Positions 1-14,297 are shown, counted from the first letter of the stretch. The stretch: 64,000 bases of DNA from an uncultured Gemmatimonadota bacterium (GCA_951812955.1 OX638340.1:2528001-2592000); one strand, 5' to 3'. Notes: generated from the sequence alone by a model not told the origin. Made by a program: numbers and translations.

Positions 1-1
1 C

Positions 2-688
2 GCGCCGATCTTCGCCGAGACGATCAGGGCCATACGCCGCAGGTGCCCGGGCGTGGGCGTGGAAGTGCTCATCCCGGATTTCAAGGGATCGGAAGAAGCG
101 CTTCAGACCGTGCTCGACGCCCGTCCCGACCTGCTCAACCACAACCTGGAGACGGTGCCGGAGCTCTACCGGACGGTGCGGCCCCAGGCGCGGTACGACC
201 AGTCGCTCGAGTTGCTCGAGCGCGCGAAGGCCCGCGGCGCGAAGACCAAGACGGGCATCATGGTGGGCCTCGGCGAAACCGACGACGCCGTCCATGCCCT
301 CATGCGCGACGTGGCCGCGGTGCGCTGCGACATCCTGACGGTGGGGCAGTACCTGCAGCCGACGAAGAAGCATCTGCCGGTGCACAGGCACTACCACCCG
401 GACGAGTTCGCGCGTTTCAAGGAAGCTGGCGAGGCGTACGGCATTCCCCACGTGGAGTCCGGCCCCCTGGTCCGCAGTTCCTACCACGCGGCCGACCAGG
501 CGGACAGCGTCGGCGGCGCGGCCCCGGGCGGTGGAAACGGCGCGCATCCTACAAGCGGAAACGGCGGGCATAAAACGAACGAAATCGATGCGGCCCCGGG
601 CGGCGCGCACCCTGAAAACGGCAACGGATTGTTGTCTATCGAGCCGTTCGGAACCTCGCCCGGTGAGGACCTTACGACGCGGCCCTGA
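2..688 (+). CDS. lipA: lipoyl synthase (radical SAM), 5'-partial, with ~60-aa Gly/Asn-rich C-terminal extension
   Basis: The frame is open from the window start ([12 protein letters not shown]...). The translation matches the LipA C-terminal half ([38 protein letters not shown]). Stop TGA at 686-688. Confidence 0.85.
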   Translation, partial: APIFAETIRAIRRRCPGVGVEVLIPDFKGSEEALQTVLDARPDLLNHNLETVPELYRTVRPQARYDQSLELLERAKARGAKTKTGIMVGLGETDDAVHALMRDVAAVRCDILTVGQYLQPTKKHLPVHRHYHPDEFARFKEAGEAYGIPHVESGPLVRSSYHAADQADSVGGAAPGGGNGAHPTSGNGGHKTNEIDAAPGGAHPENGNGLLSIEPFGTSPGEDLTTRP

Positions 689-728
689 GCCGTATTTGGT
701 CAACAGGAATAAAAATAATAGAAACCTG

Positions 729-757
729 TTGACTTCGAGTACCCCGCTGTGTATCTT
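729..757 (+). promoter_or_regulatory. putative sigma70-type rRNA promoter (TTGACT-17 nt-TATCTT) preceded by an AT-rich UP-like element
   Basis: ttgact at 729-734 and tatctt at 752-757 with a 17-nt spacer. A-rich tract 709-727. About 130 nt upstream of 16S. Confidence 0.4.
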
Positions 758-889
758 GCGCGGGTTGCAGTAAGATTTAGCTCTTTGAAAACATGGCAGC
801 GTGCATGTCCTTAAGTCGTCTGACAAGGACTCTCCGGATTCATTCGGGGAGTTCACACAGATGTAAAATGTTAAGATCGAACTTTTCTT

Positions 890-2452
<1,563 letters not shown>

Positions 2453-2536
2453 AGTTATTGAAACTCGAGGTCGACTTGTCCGGCGCACGATGTGCACGCT
2501 GTCATGTTTTTAAAGTTGGGGGGCCTGTAGTACTGG

Positions 2537-2613
<77 letters not shown>

Positions 2614-2623
2614 TTGAAAGCCG

Positions 2624-2696
2624 GGGGATATAGCTCAGCTGGGAGAGCGCCGGCTTTGCAAGCCGGAGGTCACCGGTTCGATCCCGGTTATCTCCA
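2624..2696 (+). tRNA. tRNA-Ala: tRNA-Ala (anticodon TGC) in 16S-23S spacer
   Basis: ggggatatagctcagctgggagagcgc...ctttgcaag...ggttcgatcc...tatctcca. Has the G3:U70 identity pair. No encoded CCA. Confidence 0.95.
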
Positions 2697-2800
2697 CTGG
2701 GCACAGCAGACGAGTACAGGTGCCCGCTCTTTGACAATTACATAGGAATGACGGGAACGGCGTTGTAACATCGGAGCACTCAAGCACAGTAGCATTTTTT

Positions 2801-5866
<3,066 letters not shown>

Positions 5867-5921
5867 AATGCTCCAATTTATGTCGTCGTTCTCTCATTCC
5901 ATGTAATTGCCAACCCATTTC

Positions 5922-6040
5922 TTCCGGTGGCGATAGCGGAGGGGAAACACCTCTTCCCATTCCGAACAGAGTAGTTAAGCCCTCTTGCGCCGATGGTACT
6001 GCTTGGGTGACCTTGTGGGAGAGTAGGACGCTGCCGGGGG
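5922..6040 (+). rRNA. rrf: 5S ribosomal RNA
   Basis: tccggtggcgatagcggaggggaaacacc...ccgaacagagtagttaagcc...gcgccgatggtactg...gggagagtaggacgctgccggg. Confidence 0.9.
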
Positions 6041-6048
6041 ATGCATTG

Positions 6049-6082
6049 AAGGCGCTCGATTCATTTCGAGCGCCTTTTTTGT
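6049..6082 (+). terminator. rho-independent terminator after 5S, possibly bidirectional for the convergent ABC ATPase gene
   Basis: Stem ggcgctcga / tcgagcgcc with a 6-nt loop, followed by tttttt gttt. Confidence 0.6.
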
Positions 6083-6147
6083 TTGGGGCTAATGAAAGCT
6101 TTAGATCGCTAGCGTAGTCTGGTTGTCTGGCCAGGTCCGGTCGTCGT

Positions 6148-6822
6148 TTACGCGGCGGTGTTTACAATGCGTCCGTCGAAGAGGCGGATGATCCGGTGGG
6201 CGTGATCGGCCAGAACCTGGTCGTGGGTCACCATGATGATGGTCGTGCCCGCCTCGTTGAGGCCGTTTAGCAGTTCCATGACCTCCGAGCCGTTGGCAGA
6301 ATCCAGGTTACCCGTCGGCTCATCCGCCAGGATCAGCTTGGGATTGCCGATGACCGCCCGCGCCACGGCTACGCGCTGTTGCTGGCCGCCGGAAAGCTGC
6401 TGCGGGAAGTGATTACGCCGGTGGGGGATCTGCATGTGGTCCATCGCCGCATCCACCCGTTCCTTGCGCTCCTGCTTGGACGTGCCCAGGTAGATCAGCG
6501 GAAGCTCGATGTTCTCGTAGACGGTCAGTTCGTCGATCAGGTTGAAGCTCTGGAACACGAAGCCGATGTTGTTCTTGCGCAGATTGGCTCTTTGCCGCTC
6601 GGAGTGGCCGGACACTTCCTGGTCCAGGAAATGGTATTCCCCGCCCGTAGGGTTGTCGAGAAGGCCGAGGATGTTGAGCAAGGTGGACTTGCCGCAACCC
6701 GACGGCCCCATGACCGCCACGAACTCGCCCTGGTCCACGGCCATGCTCACGTCGTTCAACGCCGTCGTCTCCACCTCTTCGGTCGCATAGAGTTTCTGCA
6801 AGTTGCTGGTCGCTATCATCAC
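6148..6822 (-). CDS. ABC transporter ATP-binding protein, MacB/LolD family (copy A)
   Basis: Walker A GPSGCGKST, Q-loop, signature LSGGQQQRVAVARA, Walker B ILADEPTGNLD, H-loop VTHD. About 95% aa and ~92% nt identical to 13626-14297. Confidence 0.9.
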   Translation of the reverse strand: MMIATSNLQKLYATEEVETTALNDVSMAVDQGEFVAVMGPSGCGKSTLLNILGLLDNPTGGEYHFLDQEVSGHSERQRANLRKNNIGFVFQSFNLIDELTVYENIELPLIYLGTSKQERKERVDAAMDHMQIPHRRNHFPQQLSGGQQQRVAVARAVIGNPKLILADEPTGNLDSANGSEVMELLNGLNEAGTTIIMVTHDQVLADHAHRIIRLFDGRIVNTAA

Positions 6823-7014
6823 ACACCCCTTTTGCAGTTTATCGGTATGCGTCGCACCTTAATCATTCGACTTGTGTGCGATGCGCATTGTTTCGTCGCG
6901 ATGTTGTGCATGCTTGTAAATGCTCTGCTTCACTAAGTGTTCGAGTGAGGGCGAAGGCGATTCGTGGAAGGCGGTGCTCCAGGATCAACGCTCTCAATAC
7001 TGAAGTGAAGAAGT

Positions 7015-7521
7015 TCAATCCGTACTATCCGGCAAATTCACTCCAAATTCCTTGATAAACCGCTCAAAGAAACCGGCCGACCTGTATTCCAACAGCACGT
7101 TTACAGGTTCTCCATCCATGCCCGATATGCCGAGCGGCTTTTCTCCCAAGAAAAATTCCAACCCAAGACTATCCACTTCCGGGTAACCGGATGACCGAAT
7201 AATCCACGCCGTGTCGACGACACCAGTTGCGTTCGAATGGACTCGAAGCAATACTTCTCCTTCGTTGATGAACTCGGGCGGAAGCGCTACGGTTAATGGC
7301 ATTAATGGTATTTCCCCATTTGAGCTCTCATCCTTGGAACGGAGAGTGTCTGATTGTCCTGTGCTATCCTGTTCCAGGTCGGTCATCGTCGTATCTATTA
7401 CAGTTTCGCCTTCCCGGTTCACATCGTCCTTTCCTTCACATGCCGTGTGACTCAGGATGAGGAAAAGCGACACCAGCGCGCATAGACTGATCACAGTCTT
7501 TTTTACCATTTGTTGAGTCAT
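7015..7521 (-). CDS. secreted/anchored TonB C-terminal-domain protein (copy A)
   Basis: Start chosen at MTQQMVKK (ATG ends at 7521), with GGAGGA 7 nt upstream on the minus strand. N-terminal signal/anchor. C-terminal region PPEF..GEVLLRVHSNATGVVDTAWIIRSSGYPEVDSLGLEFF resembles the TonB_C fold. Paralog of 19516-19932. Confidence 0.55.
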   Translation of the reverse strand: MTQQMVKKTVISLCALVSLFLILSHTACEGKDDVNREGETVIDTTMTDLEQDSTGQSDTLRSKDESSNGEIPLMPLTVALPPEFINEGEVLLRVHSNATGVVDTAWIIRSSGYPEVDSLGLEFFLGEKPLGISGMDGEPVNVLLEYRSAGFFERFIKEFGVNLPDSTD

Positions 7522-7651
7522 CGACCTTGATCCTCCAGATTGCGACGTTTCCAGTCTATCGGTGGAATACCGGTTGTCCCGCTCAGAATCCATGGTCTTC
7601 GACGTATTTGGCATCAGACCGTAGCCCGGCACCGGCCGGCGTCTATATCGT

Positions 7652-8540
7652 CTACCGGCCCGTCACTTCGATTCGATTCCGGATGCCACGCGTGTAAGTC
7701 AGATGCCCGCGTCGGTCAATCCAGATCCCTTCGACGTGAGGCAAATCATCCAGTAACCGCTTTGAATTCTCGACTCCCATGACGTACGTCGCAGTCGCCA
7801 GGGCGTCCGCCGTCATGGCGTCCGGGGCGATGACCGTGGCGCTGAGCACGTGGTTCGATGAAACCCCCAGCCGTGGATTGAGAATGTGAGCGATACGAGG
7901 GCCCTGGTGCAGTCTATAGTTCTCATAGTCTCCTGCCTTCGCAATGGCCTCGTCTTCGAGTTCGACCATGGCGCATAGTGCATCCATCCGAGCGGTATGG
8001 TGAACGTATCCCGATGCGCCACAGGCGAGTAAGCTCGAGCCATCACAGGGCAAAGATGTCTCCTCCGGCCGAAACCAGGCCACATCGGACCCGGTGGTCC
8101 CGCAACGCCCCGACCGCCCGATCCACCATCTTGCCGATCTCCCTGATCCCGCCATCGGCTTCGAGGGCGACGAGCAATCGAACGTTGTTGCACACGGGAC
8201 AACGAAGATCCTCCTGTACCTCGTAAACGTACCCTACAGGATCGCCCTGTTCACCGAAAATCACGTAGCGGTCATATTCCCGAAAGTCCTCGTGCTTCCG
8301 GGATTCGGCCATGTGGAACGTAACCGAAACAAACTCCGAAACTGTCGGTTCATCGAGCGGTGGAAACAGGTTGGACATGCCGGCTAGCTCGTTTGACATC
8401 CTGTAAAGCGACGGGTCGGATCCGACTACATCGGTTCCGCCGGATCCCATGAGATAGATGAGATTCACGGCCACGACTACGGTGCCTGCTCCGGCGATCA
8501 ACACCACCGCCATTCGACTACGTTTCAAAAACTGCGCCAT
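7652..8540 (-). pseudogene. decayed fusion remnant: N-terminal part of FMN_bind-domain protein joined in frame to the C-terminal ~43% of ApbE, plus a frameshift
   Basis: ORF 8043-8540 aligns to the FMN_bind paralog (18779-19378) up to ...LLVALEADGGIREIG. It then continues directly as ApbE-like KMVDRAVGALRDHRVRCGLVSAGGD, matching ApbE residues ~170-195 of 17708-18709. The ITGATxSS flavinylation motif and the ApbE N-terminal half are missing. ORF 7652-8155 continues the ApbE C-terminus in another frame (frameshift near 8043-8070). Confidence 0.6.
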
Positions 8541-8582
8541 AGGTAAGTCACCCGAATGGACGTCTGAAGAACGTCGGAAACG

Positions 8583-11027
8583 CTACTCGTACCTCAACGC
8601 TTCAACAGGATTCGACCGCGCCGCTTTGAGGACGTGTAGGCCGACCGTGGAGGCCGCTACGGCAAGAATGGCCAGGCCCACCAGGACAAAGAGCGCCGGG
8701 TTGGGCGCAATGCGATAGGCGAAGTCACGCAGCCAACTTTCCATGACGAGGTAGGCGATCGGCCAGGCGATGACGCTCCCCGCAATGGCCATGATCACGA
8801 ACTCTTTCGACAGAAGCTGTACAAGTTGCGCCCTGGTCGCCCCCAAAATCTTGCGAACGCCGATTTCCTTCGTTCGCTGGTGCACGGTGAGGGAGACCAG
8901 GTTGAATAGCCCCAGGAAGGTCAGCACAATGGCAAGCAACGCGCATATTCCGAGGAGCGTGCCAAGGCGTTCTTCAGCCAAATACAGCTGGTCTATATCG
9001 TCTTCGAGAAAGGAATAGACGAGCGGGATTTCCGGGTAATGGGATCTCCAGACGCTATTGAGGTCCTCGAGCGCGGAGGCCGTACTCCCAGGTTGCAGTC
9101 GAACGCTCATGTGTTCGCCAAAGGAACTGCTTAAGAATACCATGGGCTCGACGGGCTGGTAAAGAGAACGAAAGTGGGTGTCTTGAATCACGCCGACGGC
9201 TCTGCCGCGCTGGACGTACTGCGGTAAGACGATTTCGATCGTCTTGTCCAGGGCCACTTCAGCGGAACTCCATCCCAGATGCCGGACGGCCGTTTCATTC
9301 AGGACTACCTCGAATACGGCGAACGGATTGAACATCCTCATATCTCTTGGCTTCAGATTCGAGCCCAGCACCAGGCTTATGTCCAGGGTCTCGAAAAAGT
9401 CGTGCTCCACGTTCACTATGCGGATAGACGAGGATACCGGCATATCGCTGTCGTCCCCGCGTCGAACCATGGTTTCCCCGATCATGCCCCTCCCCGGCGC
9501 GAGCCCGGGAACGTAATCCGACAGGGAGACGCCCTCGATGTACGGTGACCGCAGCAACTCGTTCTGGAATCCATCGGAGGATCTAGGATTAAACTGTTGG
9601 GAGCCTTCAGAAGAGCTTGATTCAATGGCCTCCACGAAGAATCCCGATATGAGGGGAACGACTATCACATTGGATTTTTCGAAGCCCGGAGGTTCGTTCA
9701 TCATGAACCGCAACTGGCTGTAGACCACACCCGTGCCGATGATCAGGATGGCGGAAAGGGCGAACTGGACCGTGATAAGAATACGCTTCACAAAGGGATA
9801 GTCGATCGCCTGGCTCAACCGGCGGCTAAGTGCGTCCATCGGCCGGTATCCAGACAGAACCATGGCCGGAAAACTCCCCGAGAATGCCCCCACGAGGACT
9901 GAAATGGCGATCAGACCAAGCCATATGTCGAGGTGTTGTATAAAACCCATGGACAGTGCCTTCCCAGTCACGGCGTTGAAGGCTGGAAGCGAAAGCCGGG
10001 CAAGCAGAACCGCCAGGACGAGTACCAGGCCTGAGATCATTACGGACCCGCTCAGATACTGCACGACAATACGTGAACGGTTCGCGCCGTACACTTTCAT
10101 TAGGCCCACTTCCTTCGCGCGGGCTGTCGACTGAACCATAGACAGATTGATGAAGTTGATGCAGGCGATCAGCAGCAGGAAAACGGCCCCCGTCATGAGG
10201 GTGTAGAGATAGGCCACACTGCTGTTCGCCTCGAGTTCGTTGAGTAGATTGGAACGCAGGTGAATCGCGGTCAGCGGTTGAAGGGAAAACCGGTAGTCCC
10301 GGATGCTCTCCCGGTTCACGGGCTTGATCTCGGTGTCGAAGTAAGCCTGGAACTTGGACGTCAGTTCCGGCACCAGGCTCTGATCGTGCAAACGCAGGTA
10401 CGTATAGTAGGTTGCGCTCCACCAGTTGTCCATGAACTGCAATTCCGTTCCGAAAGACAGGAACATGTCCGCGGTGAAATGCGTATGGCCCGGGAAGTCC
10501 TCCATGACGCCCGTGATGGTAAAGCTGTACGTGTTGTCCAGGCGCATCACCTCGCCCATGGGGTCCACTTCGCCGAAGTACTTCCTTGCCATCGATTCCG
10601 AGATGACCGCTTTGTTCTGCCCCTCCAATGCGGTGGCGGGATTCCCCTTGAGCAGGGGGATGGTGAAAACGTCGAATAGCGAAGGCTCGGTCCAGTAGAC
10701 CCGGTCTTCGTAGAACTCCCGGTCACCGAACCGTATAAGCCAAATGGCCCGAGTCGCCCGCATGCGGACAGCGCTTGCTACTTCCGGAAAGTTCTGTTTC
10801 AGCGTGGAAGCCGCTGCGCCCGGCGTGCGCGCGTTGTTGCCATTGATCAGCCGATAGACCTGCGGAGCGTACCTGTGGTGTGTATCGTAGGTCCATTCGT
10901 CCTTTATGTACAATAGCGTGAGTACGCACGCGGCCATGGCGATGGCCAGCCCCGTGACGTTGATGGTCGTATGGGATCTTTGCTTGAGCAGGGCTCTGAC
11001 GGCTATTCTGAGGTGGTGGGTGAACAT
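8583..11027 (-). CDS. ABC transporter permease, double FtsX-domain MacB-like (~814 aa, copy A)
   Basis: Start MFTHHLRIAVRALLKQ aligns with paralog start MELPHHLKISTRALLKQ. Two FtsX-like TM bundles with large periplasmic domains. Lies 13 nt downstream of the TPR gene. About 65% aa identity to 14447-16864. Confidence 0.85.
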   Translation of the reverse strand: MFTHHLRIAVRALLKQRSHTTINVTGLAIAMAACVLTLLYIKDEWTYDTHHRYAPQVYRLINGNNARTPGAAASTLKQNFPEVASAVRMRATRAIWLIRFGDREFYEDRVYWTEPSLFDVFTIPLLKGNPATALEGQNKAVISESMARKYFGEVDPMGEVMRLDNTYSFTITGVMEDFPGHTHFTADMFLSFGTELQFMDNWWSATYYTYLRLHDQSLVPELTSKFQAYFDTEIKPVNRESIRDYRFSLQPLTAIHLRSNLLNELEANSSVAYLYTLMTGAVFLLLIACINFINLSMVQSTARAKEVGLMKVYGANRSRIVVQYLSGSVMISGLVLVLAVLLARLSLPAFNAVTGKALSMGFIQHLDIWLGLIAISVLVGAFSGSFPAMVLSGYRPMDALSRRLSQAIDYPFVKRILITVQFALSAILIIGTGVVYSQLRFMMNEPPGFEKSNVIVVPLISGFFVEAIESSSSEGSQQFNPRSSDGFQNELLRSPYIEGVSLSDYVPGLAPGRGMIGETMVRRGDDSDMPVSSSIRIVNVEHDFFETLDISLVLGSNLKPRDMRMFNPFAVFEVVLNETAVRHLGWSSAEVALDKTIEIVLPQYVQRGRAVGVIQDTHFRSLYQPVEPMVFLSSSFGEHMSVRLQPGSTASALEDLNSVWRSHYPEIPLVYSFLEDDIDQLYLAEERLGTLLGICALLAIVLTFLGLFNLVSLTVHQRTKEIGVRKILGATRAQLVQLLSKEFVIMAIAGSVIAWPIAYLVMESWLRDFAYRIAPNPALFVLVGLAILAVAASTVGLHVLKAARSNPVEALRYE

Positions 11028-11040
11028 GATCGGGTGCTCC

Positions 11041-13503
11041 CTACGGTTCCAGGACAAGAAAGTTGACCGACTTGAAGACGCGCTGATCAGCGTGCCGGTC
11101 CGTCAGCGTCACGGTCAGCACATACTCCCCGGCTTCGAGATCCGTGGTGTCCATCGCGGTGTATTCAGCCTCTTCCGCTGAACTCCCCTCGCCTTCGAAG
11201 AAGGACATCACAGTCTGCATGTCGTCCGGCCTTCTGGCCCTGCGGTTCCTCAGTGCGGGCATGCCCAGGGGCGTGATTTCGTAAAGTGTCTCGTAGGAAG
11301 TGCGTCCGGCGTTGCCTAAATCCAGGTTGTACAATTCGTAGTAAACGTAAACGGGGTTTCCCCGAATGTAGAGCCGTCCCGGATTGGGCGTGATATTCAA
11401 CCCCTTGCGCACAAAGGGGCCCTGTACGCCTGACGGCGTGATGAGGGTGGCCAGCTTGAGATCGCTGATGAGCAGGTCGCGGCCGCGGTAGTCGGACAGC
11501 GTGACTGGCTTGCGATACACTCCGACCCGGCTCGTTGTCTCGTCCCGCACCTGGACTGCCAGCGTGAAACTACCCGACGGCGCGACAACGCTTTCAGGCA
11601 GGGTATACACCGGAACTTTCACGTTGCTTTCAGCCATCATACGCTTCGGCCTGTCGAAGGGACCGAAACCGAACTCGTGGGTGAACTGGGGGCTCATGGT
11701 CGAATCACGCAGGGTGACCAGGTGCGCGAGCCGGGTGCTGTTACCCCTGCCGTCCGAGACATCGCCGAACTGCCACACGGGGATGCTGTAGGACAGGTCC
11801 AGTTCCGTCGCGCCGTTGTCAGCCCTGTAGCTTACGGCGTCGAAGGCATATTCGAGTGGTTCTCCCCCGAAGTCGTGCAGGAATTCCTCGGGACTGCGCT
11901 TGATCAGGTTCTCGGCAACTCGTTGAGGATGATGGGTATCGTTTCGACGCATCAACTCGAAACCCGTGATGTCACCAAACGAATCCCCACCTTCATAGAT
12001 TGTCTGAAGTGGATAATCGAATTTCCCACCGCCCATCTGGTCCACGAAAAACAGTTCAAGATTATGCTGTACGTAAACCCAGCTTTCGACCTTGTACGAT
12101 TCTCCGACCAGACGTTTGAGTAACTCGAATGGATTGCTCTCCGACGAGCTCCCCCAGAGATCCACCGATCCCAAATCGAATCCCTGGAGCTGCATGATCT
12201 CCTCATCCAACAACGCCACCGGATCTCCCCTGCCCACCCGCAACACGTAGCCGGACTGCATATTCCGCACGCGTATTGCGTCCACGGCAGGAATCGCCGA
12301 CGGCTTGAAAACGGAAAAGGTGTTCCCATGCCTGCGCAGCAAGAAGTTGCTACGGTCATCCGGCGTACCGTATCGAACGTGAATCTCCCCGCGGCGGTCA
12401 AAGGGATACTGGCCCTCTGAGAAATGATTGCGGGCGTACAGTACGCGCCGGTAGTGTTCCACCAGGCGCTCGTTTTCGACGGTGGCCGGATTGGAATCCC
12501 GTGCGTTCCAGAAGGTCTGCCACAGCGCGTCGCGTTCCGGTCCTTCCACAGCCTCCCAGGTCTTCAATTCATCGGGAGGCGCGACATGTCGCAGGTCCCG
12601 GTACACCGCCTGCTCATCGGGATCGAGACCCGATATATAGGTCTCCAGGGCTTCCTGCAATCGATCGAACCCCCGTTCAGTCGAACCCGAAAGCATGCTG
12701 AACTGAAGCTGCAGGGTCCTGACCTCGTCCGCGACGGCATCTCCTGATTCTTCGACCAACTGTCCCAGGAGTTCAGCACCTATTTCGAACGCTTCGGCAC
12801 GAAGACACACATTGGTAAACCGCTCGAAGGCCCGACGGTGTTTGGGGTTTACCCGGTACTGGTTGAAATAGGCGGCTATCGCTTTTTCGTAGTCCGGCAA
12901 CGGGGGACTTTCATAACATCGTCCCAGTTGATAGTAGGCGTCCTCATGGGATGGATTCAGCTCTACGACCTTGAGGAAATACGTCCTGCCATCCCGGTCG
13001 CTGCCCACGATGGTATCTACTTTTTTATCATTCATGAAGGACATGCCCAGGTAGTACTGGGCGTCCGCGTTGTCCGGATCCAGGCGGATCGCGGTACGCA
13101 ACGCGTTGCGGGCATCCAGCTTTCTGTTTTGCAACTTCAGGTAGGTCTTCCCCAATCCGATGTGACCAGGCGCCCATTTTTTGTCCTGCCGCACTGCGCT
13201 CCTGAACGAACTCAACGCCTCACGGTAGTCGCCCAATTCATACCGCGCCATTCCGAGCCAGTAGTGGGCGGGCGCCGAATCCCCGTCAGCCTTGACGGCC
13301 ATTAGGAAGTACGGCAGCGCTTCCGCGTATCGTCCCTGTTGGTAAAGTGATTTGCCTTTTTCGTGGGCTGGCAGATCAATATCGGATACGGCCGATTGCG
13401 GCGGGGAAGTCCAGGTCTGGGAATGGCCGGGTAAACTCAGTGCAAGCGCGGCGATTGTAAGAAGCAGGCGGACGTACACGTAGTGCCTCTTTGGACGAAT
13501 CAA
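11041..13503 (-). CDS. secreted TPR-repeat protein with C-terminal GWxTD-like domain
   Basis: N-terminal signal peptide. Several TPR motifs (AHYWLGMARYELGDYREAL, AQYYLGMSF, AYYQLGRCY). The central segment RRGEIHVRYGTPDDRSNF resembles the GWxTD family. Abuts the permease gene. Confidence 0.6.
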   Translation of the reverse strand: MIRPKRHYVYVRLLLTIAALALSLPGHSQTWTSPPQSAVSDIDLPAHEKGKSLYQQGRYAEALPYFLMAVKADGDSAPAHYWLGMARYELGDYREALSSFRSAVRQDKKWAPGHIGLGKTYLKLQNRKLDARNALRTAIRLDPDNADAQYYLGMSFMNDKKVDTIVGSDRDGRTYFLKVVELNPSHEDAYYQLGRCYESPPLPDYEKAIAAYFNQYRVNPKHRRAFERFTNVCLRAEAFEIGAELLGQLVEESGDAVADEVRTLQLQFSMLSGSTERGFDRLQEALETYISGLDPDEQAVYRDLRHVAPPDELKTWEAVEGPERDALWQTFWNARDSNPATVENERLVEHYRRVLYARNHFSEGQYPFDRRGEIHVRYGTPDDRSNFLLRRHGNTFSVFKPSAIPAVDAIRVRNMQSGYVLRVGRGDPVALLDEEIMQLQGFDLGSVDLWGSSSESNPFELLKRLVGESYKVESWVYVQHNLELFFVDQMGGGKFDYPLQTIYEGGDSFGDITGFELMRRNDTHHPQRVAENLIKRSPEEFLHDFGGEPLEYAFDAVSYRADNGATELDLSYSIPVWQFGDVSDGRGNSTRLAHLVTLRDSTMSPQFTHEFGFGPFDRPKRMMAESNVKVPVYTLPESVVAPSGSFTLAVQVRDETTSRVGVYRKPVTLSDYRGRDLLISDLKLATLITPSGVQGPFVRKGLNITPNPGRLYIRGNPVYVYYELYNLDLGNAGRTSYETLYEITPLGMPALRNRRARRPDDMQTVMSFFEGEGSSAEEAEYTAMDTTDLEAGEYVLTVTLTDRHADQRVFKSVNFLVLEP

Positions 13504-13625
13504 GAAGTGGCATTGACGATTCGCGTTACCGAATCAAGGGGAGTTGCTTTCAAGGTATCCAATAGACCAGGAATCAACAACCGTCTATGCGACGCAGTTC
13601 CACAAGGTATCCCCATAGGTCGCGC

Positions 13626-14297
13626 TTACGCGGCCTCCGTCACGATCCGTCCGTCGAAGAGCCTGATGGTCCGGTGGGCGTGGTCGGCCAGCGCCTGGTC
13701 GTGGGTCACCATGATGATGGTCGTGCCCGCCTCGTTGAGGCCGTTGAGCAGTTCCATCACCTCGGCGCCGTTGGCCGAGTCCAGGTTACCCGTCGGCTCG
13801 TCCGCCAGGATCAGCCTGGGGTTGCCGATGACCGCCCGCGCCACGGCCACGCGCTGCTGCTGGCCGCCGGATAGCTGCTGCGGGAAGTGGTTCCGGCGGT
13901 GGGGGATCTGCATGTGCTCCATCGCCGCGTCCACCCGTTCCTTGCGCTCCTGCTTCGACGTGCCCAGGTAGATCAGCGGCAGTTCGATGTTCTCGTACAC
14001 GGTCAGCTCATCGATCAGGTTGAAGCTCTGGAAGACGAAGCCTATGTTGGCCTTGCGCAGGTTGGCGCGCTGCCGCTCGGAGTGGCCGGACACTTCCTGG
14101 TCCAGGAAATGGTACTCCCCGCCCGATGGATTGTCGAGGAGACCGAGGATGTTGAGCAGGGTGGACTTGCCGCAGCCCGAGGGTCCCATGACCGCCACGA
14201 ACTCGCCTTCGTCCACGGCCATGGTCACATCGTTCAGCGCCGTCGTCTCTACCTCTTCGGTCGCGTAGAGTTTCTTGAGATGTTCTGTCCTGATCAT
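13626..14297 (-). CDS. ABC transporter ATP-binding protein, MacB/LolD family (copy B)
   Basis: Start MIRTEHLKKLYATEEV (ATG ends at 14297) chosen by alignment with copy A. Same Walker A/B and signature motifs as copy A. Confidence 0.9.
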   Translation of the reverse strand: MIRTEHLKKLYATEEVETTALNDVTMAVDEGEFVAVMGPSGCGKSTLLNILGLLDNPSGGEYHFLDQEVSGHSERQRANLRKANIGFVFQSFNLIDELTVYENIELPLIYLGTSKQERKERVDAAMEHMQIPHRRNHFPQQLSGGQQQRVAVARAVIGNPRLILADEPTGNLDSANGAEVMELLNGLNEAGTTIIMVTHDQALADHAHRTIRLFDGRIVTEAA

